IMG/VR virus record: IMGVR_UViG_3300027908_000029 | Coordinates: 1 to 59,091 of that record | Direction: 5' to 3' (one strand) | DNA from: a virus | Taxonomy: Duplodnaviria > Caudoviricetes | DNA length: 59,091 nucleotides | Part shown: positions 40,501 through 49,326 of the stretch, piece by piece | Numbering within the stretch: the stretch's first letter is position 1 | Layout of the letters: each line of letters begins with the position of its first letter | Translations under genes and position numbers: made by a program | Notes under the pieces: model-generated | The model's database searches: none | Told to the model about the DNA's origin: nothing | What the model saw: the letters and a program-made list of their open reading frames with translations, nothing else

Positions 40501-40763
40501 GGAACGCTTGCTTTGGTGCTCCGACAGTTGCGGCTATCCCTTGGACGGCGGGCGCGGCAGACGGCGGCGGCGGAGATCTCTCTGAGTACCAACTCCTCAG
40601 CGGCAACCCCGGTACGCAGGTTCCAAACTACGGAGGCACCTCCGGGGTATACGTCGTGATGGGGACTGCAATTTCCCCGAATAATCAGATTCAGCCTCCG
40701 GCACCGGGGACTGTTATATTTGCAGGCAATACAATCCAATCGGGAATGGTGAGCAGCAAATGA
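37599..40763 (+). CDS. Parallel beta-helix (pectin-lyase-like) plus Ig/FN3 domain protein with Sec signal peptide
   Basis: ATG 37599 coupled by TGATG; [16 protein letters not shown]|TN; YTTIQAC...[12 protein letters not shown] beta-helix cap, [30 protein letters not shown]3 motif. Confidence 0.8.
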   Translation: MKHIAILLLLSASCFATNYTVKSGGGGNYTTIQACATAMAAGDTCTVYAGTYNESPTVSAGTVGNYKTITVNASDIVSVLGFTLNSHTQLVGNCPTLQGTVTTANCGFFISNTASPSSACVNLPNSTTDVYIRFNVMYACGSIGPGYPTQTSFIYIQGNTMSYTNSTIATVPTTCGGSGSPVGNSLNLYGNHYLVENNDFSHYTISLNWNPENSITRNNHFHDTTEVNNAGNCHSDTWFSDPGGTNLVTNSFNVYEGNYQYNAVGPNAKGTLFQAPSCTGCAYAISRYSVASGLGSGNTTNDQNWTSVKVYNMTCVDCSYQAGSVNGETDNSSDTNPPRPSFLNQIYYYSIAYTSINPYACGNSNSCNYGHSLAYCSAGCTTLYGHVYQVGLFTADTGNQIANPNFVSYVGYGSTSNNFHLQSGSPAIAAGTYLTTVGSGDAGSGTTLTLTDSSYFQDGYGLTNAYSTVSGDCIAVTTVSNTVCITAVNYSGNTVTLASGITRSVGDHVWLYSKSDGVRVLTGSAPDLGAFPFTSGSVSFTTNLSTIPSYHSGNIQIAITGSGTSWTSGTTFSAGSPCTFVSSTVNTGAQTGTVTVTTSSSTGSCTISDSTDAATASVTVANPLFTISPTSGTPGSGGCTTACQATETFTGTNTVWANPDQSSSGLFTLSGGTGASLGTITVVSNTSATATLTWGSASGTLTLTDSSNGNSSSNVQNFTVQAITTPTVTTGTAGSFTPTSATISGNTYACSGSCTTVTSEGTCYGLSANPTTPCTSDGTSTPWNSSLTGLSSGTLYHFRAFASNSAGTAYGSDVTFMTPIMSYIKGAGNASSTASATWTFSYTPSNTNDAVVFAIYCNNGTTPATSATLAASGWTITQLIAPLSNGTGAGVLYGALAPNTSAATFTVGFGAVTCSNFYGYMIGEFQGNTTSSLAAAFPVHASSGGTSSNACNQTAAGITPSSVNNAVWNACFGAPTVAAIPWTAGAADGGGGDLSEYQLLSGNPGTQVPNYGGTSGVYVVMGTAISPNNQIQPPAPGTVIFAGNTIQSGMVSSK

Positions 40764-41260
40764 AAAAACTCTTAGCAGTGGTGTTGAGCGCGGGAGCAGT
40801 CGGGGTCATGCTCGGGTTTGTGCTCTCGTCGATGATCATATCGCCACCTGTTCATGCCCAGAACCCTACTCTGTCTCCGTATGAATTCCAAGTCGTATCC
40901 GCTACGCATACGAGTTGTGTAGTCGTGACCGGGGCAACGAGCTACTGCTTTGCGTCTGATGGAGAATACCAGTCGTTGAGCGGTGCAGCGTTTACTCAAC
41001 TAGGGGCTCAGGGGCCGGCGGGTGCAACTGGCGCGACAGGGGCAACGGGTGCCCCGGGGCCAGCCGGGGCCAAGGGAGCCATCGGAGCGCAAGGAATTCA
41101 GGGTGTTCAGGGTATACCGGGTCCGATAGGAGAGACAGGTCCGCCCGGAGCCGCCGGGGCTACCGGGGAGCAAGGGCCTCCGGGCACTATACCTGCATCG
41201 TTCACTTGTACTGGGGCCACGGTTACCTCGACGGGCTTAGCACTCTCTGGATGCCCGTGA
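40760..41260 (+). CDS. Collagen-like protein with signal peptide
   Basis: MKKLLAVVL...VHA|Q; about 20 uninterrupted Gly-X-Y triplets; Cys pairs at both ends. Confidence 0.85.
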   Translation: MKKLLAVVLSAGAVGVMLGFVLSSMIISPPVHAQNPTLSPYEFQVVSATHTSCVVVTGATSYCFASDGEYQSLSGAAFTQLGAQGPAGATGATGATGAPGPAGAKGAIGAQGIQGVQGIPGPIGETGPPGAAGATGEQGPPGTIPASFTCTGATVTSTGLALSGCP

Positions 41261-41715
41261 ACGTGTTTCCATCGCTTGCCTTGTATCACTTGTCGTATAG
41301 TTCGACGGGACACATGAAACTTCGCAGCCAATGCGCTTTTAGACACACCGAGACTATTGCGTATTTCACGCACTGCTTCGTTTGTCAATTTGGCTCCGAT
41401 ATTATCCTCGCCACGGCTGACCGGAAAGCGTCCTCTAGCGATAGCATCGGCAACATTATCCGCATGGGTTCCCTCAATAATGTGACGCGGGTTTATGCAC
41501 GAGGCGGTATCGCAAGTGTGGCGAGCGAGAGGATTAGGCCAGCGATTGTGACCGAGAAAGAAAACAAGCCGACACGCTGTTATCGTTTTGCCTTTATACC
41601 AGACACGACCATAGCCATCAGCGTCCAAGGAAAATGGCCAGATCAGGCACTCATCGGAGTTGTGGGTCTGAATTGCATTGACGAGGGATTCGTAGCGGGT
41701 ACAATTAGTGAGCAT
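41107..41715 (-). CDS. HNH homing endonuclease with C-terminal HTH
   Basis: [31 protein letters not shown]; AGGAGG RBS before ATG 41715. Confidence 0.88.
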   Translation of the reverse strand: MLTNCTRYESLVNAIQTHNSDECLIWPFSLDADGYGRVWYKGKTITACRLVFFLGHNRWPNPLARHTCDTASCINPRHIIEGTHADNVADAIARGRFPVSRGEDNIGAKLTNEAVREIRNSLGVSKSALAAKFHVSRRTIRQVIQGKRWKHVHGHPESAKPVEVTVAPVQVNDAGIVPGGPCSPVAPAAPGGPVSPIGPGIP

Positions 41716-41834
41716 CGGTGTCCTCCTGAGACATCGTTGTTGGGGCGGATTCGCTGCCGTAAACAGCGGTTCGCCCATTATCCTAACACACAAGGCGCTA
41801 CTGGCGCACAAGAAGTTTCCGGATGTCCGTAAAC

Positions 41835-43376
41835 ATGAAACGCGCGGTACTCATTGTCGCGGTGATGTGGGTGTTGGCTGTGTCCGCGCCTGCACACGCT
41901 CAAGTCCAAGTCTCCTACGCCGCGACCAATTTGCCCAACACTTTCACAGCGGCGAATAATTTCTCCATCGGCTTGAACTCCGGGCCGCTCACGCTCACTC
42001 AGATCACTGCGCTGACATTCGTCGCTCCCGGCACGATCATCACATGCTCGAATTGCACGACCAACAGCAATCCCTGCACGGTGGGAGCAGCGCAAACCCT
42101 CGCTGTCTATCTCAACGGCGCATGGACGTGCAACTTGGGCGGTGGTGGCGGTGGTGGTGGCAGCGTCAATCCCGGAACGCAATACCAACTACCCATATAC
42201 GCGACCACGGGCAGCGTACTTAGCGCAGATACACTGCTCACTGACAATGGGACTCTACTGGCTTACACGGGGGCCACTGGGATTGCCGCGCCTCAATTTG
42301 GCGTCACTGGCAGCGGGGCATTCACGTTCGGCGGCACCTACGGAAACTTTTCCTCGCCCGGTGCGAATCTCTCCCGTTGCGGATTTGGCATCGGCGGGGT
42401 ATTCTCGTGCTCATTCAACAATGATGCGGTCACCGCAGTGCTACGTTCCGGTGGCGTGGCTGGCACGGACATCACCACTGGTCTGGTTGCGCCACAATAC
42501 ATCGGGAACCTGTCAGCCACATACGTTACGCAAACAGAAGTGGCCAGCGCGAGCGGCGTGGCCAGTCTCGACACCACTGGCAACGTTCCCGCGAATCAAC
42601 TCGGCAACGTCATGGTGGTTGGCAACAACTACGCACTGTTTGCGTTCTGCTCGGGGAATTCCGGCGGCAGCAACTCAGTATTCGTGATGGTCCCGAGCAG
42701 CACTGGCACATCGACCGGATGCAGCACGACCACTGCTTCTGAAATGCCGATCGCCAGCGCCGGCACGATGAAGAATCTGTACGTGAACTCCGTGCACGCC
42801 GGGAGCAATGCCAGCAATGTGGTGTTATACGTGAATGGCTCGGCCACGGCGGTTACATGTTCGATTGCATCCAGTACCACATGCAGCGACACCACTCATA
42901 CAGTAGCCGTGTCTCAGGGCAGCACATGGTCGATCCGGTATGCCCCCGGCGGCACTAGTGACACCGCTCAGGGTATCCACGCCAGCTTCCAAGTCGCCGT
43001 GAGCAGTGGATACACGGAGTTCTCATGGTGTCCGGGGACTGTCGGCACAGCCAACGCCGTCTACGCGCTGCTGCCCGTGACCAGTTCTTATAATTGTGCA
43101 AGCACCGTGGCCACGGAGATGCCGATCCCGGTCACAGGCACAGCGACCAATCTCTATGTAAATGCCGGGACGCAGGGCTCAAATGCCAGCAACGTCACAC
43201 TCTACATCAACGGCGCGGCTACAGCACTGACGTGCTCGATCGGCGCGGCGACCACGTGCAATGACCAGATACATCAGATTCCATTCAACGCGGGGAACAC
43301 TTGGTCTGTGCGCTACGCTCCGGGCGCGGCCAGCGATACTGCCGCGAATATCCAAGTCACTTTTCAGGTGTTTTAG
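41835..43376 (+). CDS. Fibre-like protein with Sec signal peptide and two tandem C-terminal beta-sandwich domains
   Basis: MKRAVLIVAVMWVLAVSAPAHA|Q; fibre motif GVASLDTTGNVPANQL; duplicated ~120-aa domain. Confidence 0.8.
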   Translation: MKRAVLIVAVMWVLAVSAPAHAQVQVSYAATNLPNTFTAANNFSIGLNSGPLTLTQITALTFVAPGTIITCSNCTTNSNPCTVGAAQTLAVYLNGAWTCNLGGGGGGGGSVNPGTQYQLPIYATTGSVLSADTLLTDNGTLLAYTGATGIAAPQFGVTGSGAFTFGGTYGNFSSPGANLSRCGFGIGGVFSCSFNNDAVTAVLRSGGVAGTDITTGLVAPQYIGNLSATYVTQTEVASASGVASLDTTGNVPANQLGNVMVVGNNYALFAFCSGNSGGSNSVFVMVPSSTGTSTGCSTTTASEMPIASAGTMKNLYVNSVHAGSNASNVVLYVNGSATAVTCSIASSTTCSDTTHTVAVSQGSTWSIRYAPGGTSDTAQGIHASFQVAVSSGYTEFSWCPGTVGTANAVYALLPVTSSYNCASTVATEMPIPVTGTATNLYVNAGTQGSNASNVTLYINGAATALTCSIGAATTCNDQIHQIPFNAGNTWSVRYAPGAASDTAANIQVTFQVF

Positions 43377-43379
43377 CCC

Positions 43380-45980
43380 ATGCGGAGACTGCTTATATTT
43401 CTACTGCTGTCCGCCAGTTGCCTTGCCCAGAGCACTATCGGCGGCAATGGCGTTCTCGGCGGCAATGGTGCCGGGACCATCTCCCAAGCCCCCGGACTGG
43501 TGATCAACACCACCAGTCTGTTAGCCGGAATCTACGGGATACATTACAGCGCCACTCTGGCTGCCACCGGCGGGAACCCTCCGTATTCATGGTCGGTATT
43601 CACTGGGGCACTACCCACGGGATTGTCGCTCAGTTCCGCTGGCGTTATCAGCGGCACTCCCACGGCTGTCGCCACGTACAATTTCACAGTAAAAGTAGTG
43701 GACTCCAGCTCGCCACAGTTGAATGCCACTCAGCCGCTCACCCTGATCATCTCGGCAGCGAACTGTGGGCCGCCTACATATCCTTGCGCGCGCACCGATC
43801 GCGCGGTGACGTTTTCTGCTACCCAACTCACCAACATGTGCCCGCCGCAGGCCGGAGTCAATCCGTGCACACCGGGAATCAACGGCCAGTCGCTGATCAA
43901 CACTGGCTGGCTGTATGGCCGCAACACGATCATGACAGACCCGAATTACAACAACATTCAAATGGTCAGACTGGTTGACTATAGTGACACCCAGCCGCCG
44001 TATAATTGTCCCGGCCCGACCGCTGGTCCCGGTGGGTCTGCCGAAGAAAACATCTGGAGTTCGGACAAGCAATATGTCCTGATCGGCTGTAACAATGGCG
44101 GCACGCGGCTTCTGCATTTCAATCCCACCACATTGCAAGTCGCAGTAGTAAACGCCCTGACTACCAGCCCAGTGGCTTCTCCGGGGAGCGCAACGATCAC
44201 CACCAACAACACAACGTATATGCAGGTCAACGTGCCACAACTAGTCGATCCCGGAGCTAGCCAAGAGTTTGTCACACCCACAGCGGTGAACGCAGGAGTG
44301 TCATTCACAGCAGTATTTGCCAATACACATCTGAGCGGCGCAAAAGTCACCAGTCAAGGCTACGTCGCGGGCTGGACTGGCACCAATTGCACCTACTGTA
44401 TGCCTTCCGGCGGGGAATTCGATTATGTCACGGCAGACACATTTTACTCTCTGATCGGCTACCAGATCGAAGAGTTCACGATCTCGAACGCGCTGGCATC
44501 CAGTGGCACCGTGGTTGCGGATTTCTCTTACGGCGTGCCTTGCTGGCGGAACTCCTGTCCCGATTGGTCAGGCGGCGGGAACTGGACAGCGGGCACAGTG
44601 CTTTTGCCACTCACCAATAATCCCGCGAATGACGCTTTTCAACTAATGAACACCAGCACTCTCCCGTGTGCCAAAGGGGCCACGAATCCGAACTGGGCGA
44701 GCACGACTCTCACGATCATCACGGATGGCGCGTGCAGCTTCGTGAACGCCGGACCAGTCAATATTGCCAGTCCTACGTTTATCACCCATTCCTATCCCGG
44801 CGTGGTCAGTCACAGCGGTCAGCAGTGGGCAGCGGGACTCGCCAACTTCCAGGGGGACGGCGGCGCGGGCTCGATGCACGTGGTCTATTACAACTCAGCC
44901 ACGCACACGTATTACTACCACAACAGCGCAACAGGAGCGGTGTTTACGACTGTGTGCTCTGGCGGCACTGGCCCTACCTGTTCTGGTGGTTCATTCTCTG
45001 GTCCGACGTTCCAGTCCTACATCATCCCCGGATCGGCTACGTGTACTCCGGCCAGTCCCACATGCCAAGACCTTACACTCCTGCATAACGTGAAAATCGC
45101 CAAAGACGGCATCCATATCACCGTTGGCCCACAGAAGTGCGCGTTCGCCACGGTGCAATGCCCAGTCATCGGCGGCGGGAATATCTATTTCTGGGACACG
45201 GCAACTGGCGTTCAGTACTGGCCGGATGTATCCCCAGGACATCACGCCAGCGGATACGCCTACCTGTTCGCGGAGAGCGGATATACATCGGCCAACCCTT
45301 ACTATTATTCATTCGGGATTCCATTTGCGTCCACCGGGACTCTGCAAAAATACTGGAACGCCCGGCAGACTCCGCCTGCGATATGTTCGCCAATTGCGTG
45401 TGGTACGAATTCTCCGTTTGACTACCATACCTCTGCGGTAGCTGAGAACTCTAGTGACACGTCCTCGATCTGCGGGGCGACGCTCTCAAATAATTACGGC
45501 AACTGGCCTTACAATTACCCCTATTTTGGAGAGGTATTCTGCTACGCCACCGATGGCAGCAACACGGTGTGGCGCGAGGGTCTGAGCTACAACAGCGAAG
45601 CGAACGTCGGATTCAATACCTGGGCGAACGTCGGCGGACTCAGCTCGGACGGGTCGCTCTGGGCGAACAGTACTGACTGGTGGAACACTCTGGGGTCCAC
45701 CAAGGGATTGACGAGTTGTCTCGGCGGATTCAACTGGCAGCCGATGAACACGTACAATCTGAATGATCTCATCGCGCCGGGCACGAACAACGGTCCTGCC
45801 GCCGGCGCTGGAGTGTTTCAGGCTACGAGCTGCACAGGGGGAGTGTGTACTACTGGTTCAAAGCATCCGGTGTGGACATCGGGGGTCGGTAATTCCCCGC
45901 CGCAGGATGGCACGGTCACTTGGACGAACATTGGTACGAATAGTTGCAATCCGACGATTGTGGTATACAAGCTCAACTAG
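43380..45980 (+). CDS. 866-aa protein with Sec signal peptide, putative Ig domain and Cys-rich beta body
   Basis: MRRLLIFLLLSASCLA|QS; ATGGNPPYSWS...LPTGLSLSSAGVISGTPT (He_PIG-like); WQPMNTYNLND...DGTVTW CBM-like module. Confidence 0.82.
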   Translation: MRRLLIFLLLSASCLAQSTIGGNGVLGGNGAGTISQAPGLVINTTSLLAGIYGIHYSATLAATGGNPPYSWSVFTGALPTGLSLSSAGVISGTPTAVATYNFTVKVVDSSSPQLNATQPLTLIISAANCGPPTYPCARTDRAVTFSATQLTNMCPPQAGVNPCTPGINGQSLINTGWLYGRNTIMTDPNYNNIQMVRLVDYSDTQPPYNCPGPTAGPGGSAEENIWSSDKQYVLIGCNNGGTRLLHFNPTTLQVAVVNALTTSPVASPGSATITTNNTTYMQVNVPQLVDPGASQEFVTPTAVNAGVSFTAVFANTHLSGAKVTSQGYVAGWTGTNCTYCMPSGGEFDYVTADTFYSLIGYQIEEFTISNALASSGTVVADFSYGVPCWRNSCPDWSGGGNWTAGTVLLPLTNNPANDAFQLMNTSTLPCAKGATNPNWASTTLTIITDGACSFVNAGPVNIASPTFITHSYPGVVSHSGQQWAAGLANFQGDGGAGSMHVVYYNSATHTYYYHNSATGAVFTTVCSGGTGPTCSGGSFSGPTFQSYIIPGSATCTPASPTCQDLTLLHNVKIAKDGIHITVGPQKCAFATVQCPVIGGGNIYFWDTATGVQYWPDVSPGHHASGYAYLFAESGYTSANPYYYSFGIPFASTGTLQKYWNARQTPPAICSPIACGTNSPFDYHTSAVAENSSDTSSICGATLSNNYGNWPYNYPYFGEVFCYATDGSNTVWREGLSYNSEANVGFNTWANVGGLSSDGSLWANSTDWWNTLGSTKGLTSCLGGFNWQPMNTYNLNDLIAPGTNNGPAAGAGVFQATSCTGGVCTTGSKHPVWTSGVGNSPPQDGTVTWTNIGTNSCNPTIVVYKLN

Positions 45981-45989
45981 CAGTCCATT

Positions 45990-47036
45990 ATGGGTATCCC
46001 AATTCCCAATCTCGTGTATCTGCTGGCGATGGACGGGACTGTCTGGGTGCCTGGGATTTCCAACACCGGGATTGCTACGACTACCGAGATGGCCGTGCCC
46101 AGTGGATCGAGTGCTGTCCCGTGGTATGAGTTGAACGACGCAGTGACTGGTGTGACATATCGACTGGTTGTGCAGCCGTGTCCGACAGTGCCGAGTGGGC
46201 CACAGGGCGAGTTGCATATCGACCAGACGACGCCGAATTCCAGCGCCCCGGTGCAATTGCTGGTGAGTGCGCCGAACGCAACCGTATATTTTCTTCAGAT
46301 CGCTGATGGGATCTTACAGTCCGGCTTGGCGACTCCTGCGAGTGCAAGTTGCAACACTCCTATTCGTATTCTCGCCGATCATGTGCTGGAGCGCCTCGAA
46401 GATCCGACAGGTATATTTTGGAATCGACGCTTGGAAGTCTACTCGGCAATTGTCGAGGCGTTAAACGATCTCACCATTCTAGTCGGTCGGCCTGTCATGG
46501 GTGTGCAGCTCATATTCAATCTGCAACCGAATTCCGTATGGCAGTTTTTGCCTAAAGGTTTCCTGTGCTTGACTGACATCTACGGGCCGCAGTCCCTGCT
46601 CCGGAAGCAAACTCTGTTCGACTACGATTACATCCAGTTCAATTCCGGCTCTGGATGGGAGAACGAGAACTCTACATCAGGCCCGACCACATGGGCTCCT
46701 CTGGGCACGAACATGTTCATCGTGCACCCATCAGCAGGAGCGGCGCAACAGGTGCTGTTGAATGCCATCCTCTACCCGGTGGCCGCAGCATGGCCGTATG
46801 CAGGTTCAGAAGTGGTGCCGTTTCACCACGAATTCTTCGCCGCCATTGAGTCGTATGCCGCGCACATTCTCAGGTTCAAAGAATCAGGCCCGGATTTTCA
46901 GTCCTCAATGACTCTGTACGGCGACTACCTCGCGCAAGCCGAGCGCATGAGTGTCATCGAAACACGCAAAGATCCAATACTCTGGTCGAGATCGTTTGGT
47001 ACAATGTTCGGGCCGAACCAAATTCCGAAGAGGTGA
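45990..47036 (+). CDS. Adaptor/ring protein paralogue with N-terminal extra domain
   Basis: VLERLEDP..IFW...IVEALND, FIVHP, FFAAIESYAAHILRFKE pattern. Confidence 0.7.
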   Translation: MGIPIPNLVYLLAMDGTVWVPGISNTGIATTTEMAVPSGSSAVPWYELNDAVTGVTYRLVVQPCPTVPSGPQGELHIDQTTPNSSAPVQLLVSAPNATVYFLQIADGILQSGLATPASASCNTPIRILADHVLERLEDPTGIFWNRRLEVYSAIVEALNDLTILVGRPVMGVQLIFNLQPNSVWQFLPKGFLCLTDIYGPQSLLRKQTLFDYDYIQFNSGSGWENENSTSGPTTWAPLGTNMFIVHPSAGAAQQVLLNAILYPVAAAWPYAGSEVVPFHHEFFAAIESYAAHILRFKESGPDFQSSMTLYGDYLAQAERMSVIETRKDPILWSRSFGTMFGPNQIPKR

Positions 47037-47344
47037 GTGTAATGCTGCCTGTCAATGACAATACCATCGACCTTCGCAAGTATCGTGGTAAGATCACTCG
47101 TTGTCCTCATTGCGCGATCAAAGACGCGACCAAAGCCGACGCCGTGATCGCCGAGCGCATGTCGATGGGCAAGAGTTGTCCATCCTGTCTAGGCTTCGGA
47201 TTCATCGCTAAGTGCACGAACTGCGGCGGCGACGGCATCTACAAGGGCTCATCCGCGTCATTCGGCGGAGGCGACACACCGTTCCATTCGGCGTGTAATC
47301 CTTGCGGCGCGACAGGCATTTTCGCTGTGCGCAAGCCCTGCTGA
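47033..47344 (+). CDS. DnaJ-type zinc-finger protein
   Basis: CPSCLGFG, CTNCGGDG, CNPCGATG repeats. Confidence 0.7.
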   Translation: MSVMLPVNDNTIDLRKYRGKITRCPHCAIKDATKADAVIAERMSMGKSCPSCLGFGFIAKCTNCGGDGIYKGSSASFGGGDTPFHSACNPCGATGIFAVRKPC

Positions 47345-47417
47345 CTGGAAGGACGAAGTGCCTGTCTCTCAAGAAGTTGTAGCCACTTCCTCTGCCGCCG
47401 TGTAATACTGTTCCGGT

Positions 47418-48596
47418 ATGGCGCAGGTTGGCTCCGGTTTCCGATCTGTCTGGTCCGTCATGCTCGAAATGAGCTTTGAACTCATCGAGCCATATCTCTA
47501 TTCGACGACGGCGTCCGCTGTTGCATCCGCTGGGACTGCCACGATCCAGGTCAACACTCTGGGGTACCCGGTTCCGGCAGTCTTTGTCGGGGCTCAACTG
47601 GTCATTGACAGTGGACTCTCGCAAGAGATCATCACAGTCACGGCGTTCAATACTACTATTACTCCACCAACAATCACAGCGACATTTGCAGTCCCACATC
47701 TGAGTGGTGTGCAGATCATCGGTGCTACATTCCCGACGCAAGCGGCATCCGGGGATGTATTCTTTAGTCAATCCGAGATACTCAGCTATCTTGCTCGCGC
47801 GCAAAATGTATTTCTCTCGGACGTACCGATCATATTCGCTCTCAATGCCCAGACGGTGCAAGTGGGACAGACACTGCAACCTTTCCCCTGCGATATTGTC
47901 GAGGCCGCACGGATCGCATCGTCGTACCAGAACGTCGCGTTGACATCGCTTATTCGCAGCAGTGGTACAGTCACAGCGACATCTCAATCTCCCCATGGAC
48001 TATCCGCGAACGAAGCATTTGCTATCATCCAGTCTCCGGACCCCACGTTTGACGGCGCATTCACTGTTGCAACTGTGCCGGATTCCACGCACTGGACATA
48101 CCCGCAATCGGGGATCAATACCAGCACCAGCGGTGGCGGATTCGCAGGGTTGTGGCTGAGGCTACTCGAAGTATCATTCGAGGAATTAGCCATGCAGAAT
48201 CCCGCGTGGAGGAACACGTATATCACGTCTCTCCGGAATTGGTTTGAAGACAGACAGGGATTGTACCAATGGGGAACAGGCGGAATCCCAGCGTCAAACT
48301 TCCCAGTGGAGATTCTGTGTTCAATCCGGGATACAGACACATTGCAACTCACCGATGGTTTTCTTACGCCGGACGTATTTTTGCACGCCGTCCGCTGGAA
48401 GGCTTTGCAGTTCTGTCTGGAGAAGGACGGCGAGCAGCGAGATGCAAATCGCGCTCAGTACTGCAAGATGCGCTATGATCGATTGGTGGTGGCAGTACGC
48501 AGATGGTCTGGGTGGGCGAGTGGCATGGGTGGACAAGCACATCAACAGATGGCGATGGCCGGGGCGGGTGGTGGTCAATCTAGAGGCCGTCGATGA
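47418..48596 (+). CDS. Adaptor/ring protein paralogue with two inserted beta domains
   Basis: EILSYLARAQNVF, PDVFLHAVRWKALQFCLEKDGE...RAQYCKMRY. Confidence 0.7.
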   Translation: MAQVGSGFRSVWSVMLEMSFELIEPYLYSTTASAVASAGTATIQVNTLGYPVPAVFVGAQLVIDSGLSQEIITVTAFNTTITPPTITATFAVPHLSGVQIIGATFPTQAASGDVFFSQSEILSYLARAQNVFLSDVPIIFALNAQTVQVGQTLQPFPCDIVEAARIASSYQNVALTSLIRSSGTVTATSQSPHGLSANEAFAIIQSPDPTFDGAFTVATVPDSTHWTYPQSGINTSTSGGGFAGLWLRLLEVSFEELAMQNPAWRNTYITSLRNWFEDRQGLYQWGTGGIPASNFPVEILCSIRDTDTLQLTDGFLTPDVFLHAVRWKALQFCLEKDGEQRDANRAQYCKMRYDRLVVAVRRWSGWASGMGGQAHQQMAMAGAGGGQSRGRR

Positions 48597-49276
48597 CGCG
48601 GAAAATTAAGTCGCGCAAACTCTCCATGATACTTCTTGGCCGCTTTGTCATACGCCTTCGCGGCTTCTGTTTTTGCCTTAAAACCTCCCAAATGTATGTT
48701 CCTTCCGTGTCCTCTTATACAGCTATACCATCTCTTACCGTGAGCGTAAACACCCCTAAAGCCGGATTTGTTAATCGAACGCACTCTGTTTTTACTGTTA
48801 ACGATATTGTTTCCAGCCGTTCCTTTTCTCAGATTGCTGTCTCTGTTATCCAGTGTGTCATGGTTTTTGTGATCACACCATTCGCCTTTCTTAGCGTTGA
48901 GGATGACGCGTTGCATGGCTACAGTCTTTTGTGGCCGTATGCCTTCGGGGTGCGGAATGTTAGTCGCCGCATAAAAGCTCTGTGTGTCTTTATTCCAAAG
49001 AGCAAACCATACTTTTTCCATCAACTCCTTATAGCGATGAGCACTGACAGTGGTGTACTGGTCTTGTGTCAATGGGATTTTCCGACAGAGCCCCCCTTTG
49101 ATCTTAAAGACGCGATTAATGATTGGCGGTTTGTTTGTCCAAATCCAGCACTTTTCACACATCTTGGACTTTTTGTTTTTGGTGCCTTGGCACTGTGGGC
49201 AAATGGTCTGCCACGGTTTGTGGCTATTAGCTGTAGAATGGTTTCGCGGCTCGACAACCTGTTTGCTCAGGCGCAT
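48575..49276 (-). CDS. HNH-AP2 homing endonuclease
   Basis: DHKNHDTLDNRDSNLR (HNH), SGFRGV...HLGGF...AAKAYDKAA...GEFARLNF (AP2); AT-rich. Confidence 0.92.
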   Translation of the reverse strand: MRLSKQVVEPRNHSTANSHKPWQTICPQCQGTKNKKSKMCEKCWIWTNKPPIINRVFKIKGGLCRKIPLTQDQYTTVSAHRYKELMEKVWFALWNKDTQSFYAATNIPHPEGIRPQKTVAMQRVILNAKKGEWCDHKNHDTLDNRDSNLRKGTAGNNIVNSKNRVRSINKSGFRGVYAHGKRWYSCIRGHGRNIHLGGFKAKTEAAKAYDKAAKKYHGEFARLNFPRHRRPLD

Positions 49277-49326
49277 GTTCCTACTCCCATAGGACGTGCG
49301 GGTCAGGCCGCACTGGAATTATTCTA

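Noticed and set aside
42630-43373. Duplicated domain as a diversity-generating retroelement TR/VR pair
   Set aside because: Both copies are in frame in one protein, differences are not adenine-specific, and no reverse transcriptase is in the window
30287-45980. Host genomic island or misassembly explaining the secreted proteins
   Set aside because: Genes are tightly coupled to flanking phage structural genes, carry phage fibre motifs and show no mobility scars; not fully excluded without reads
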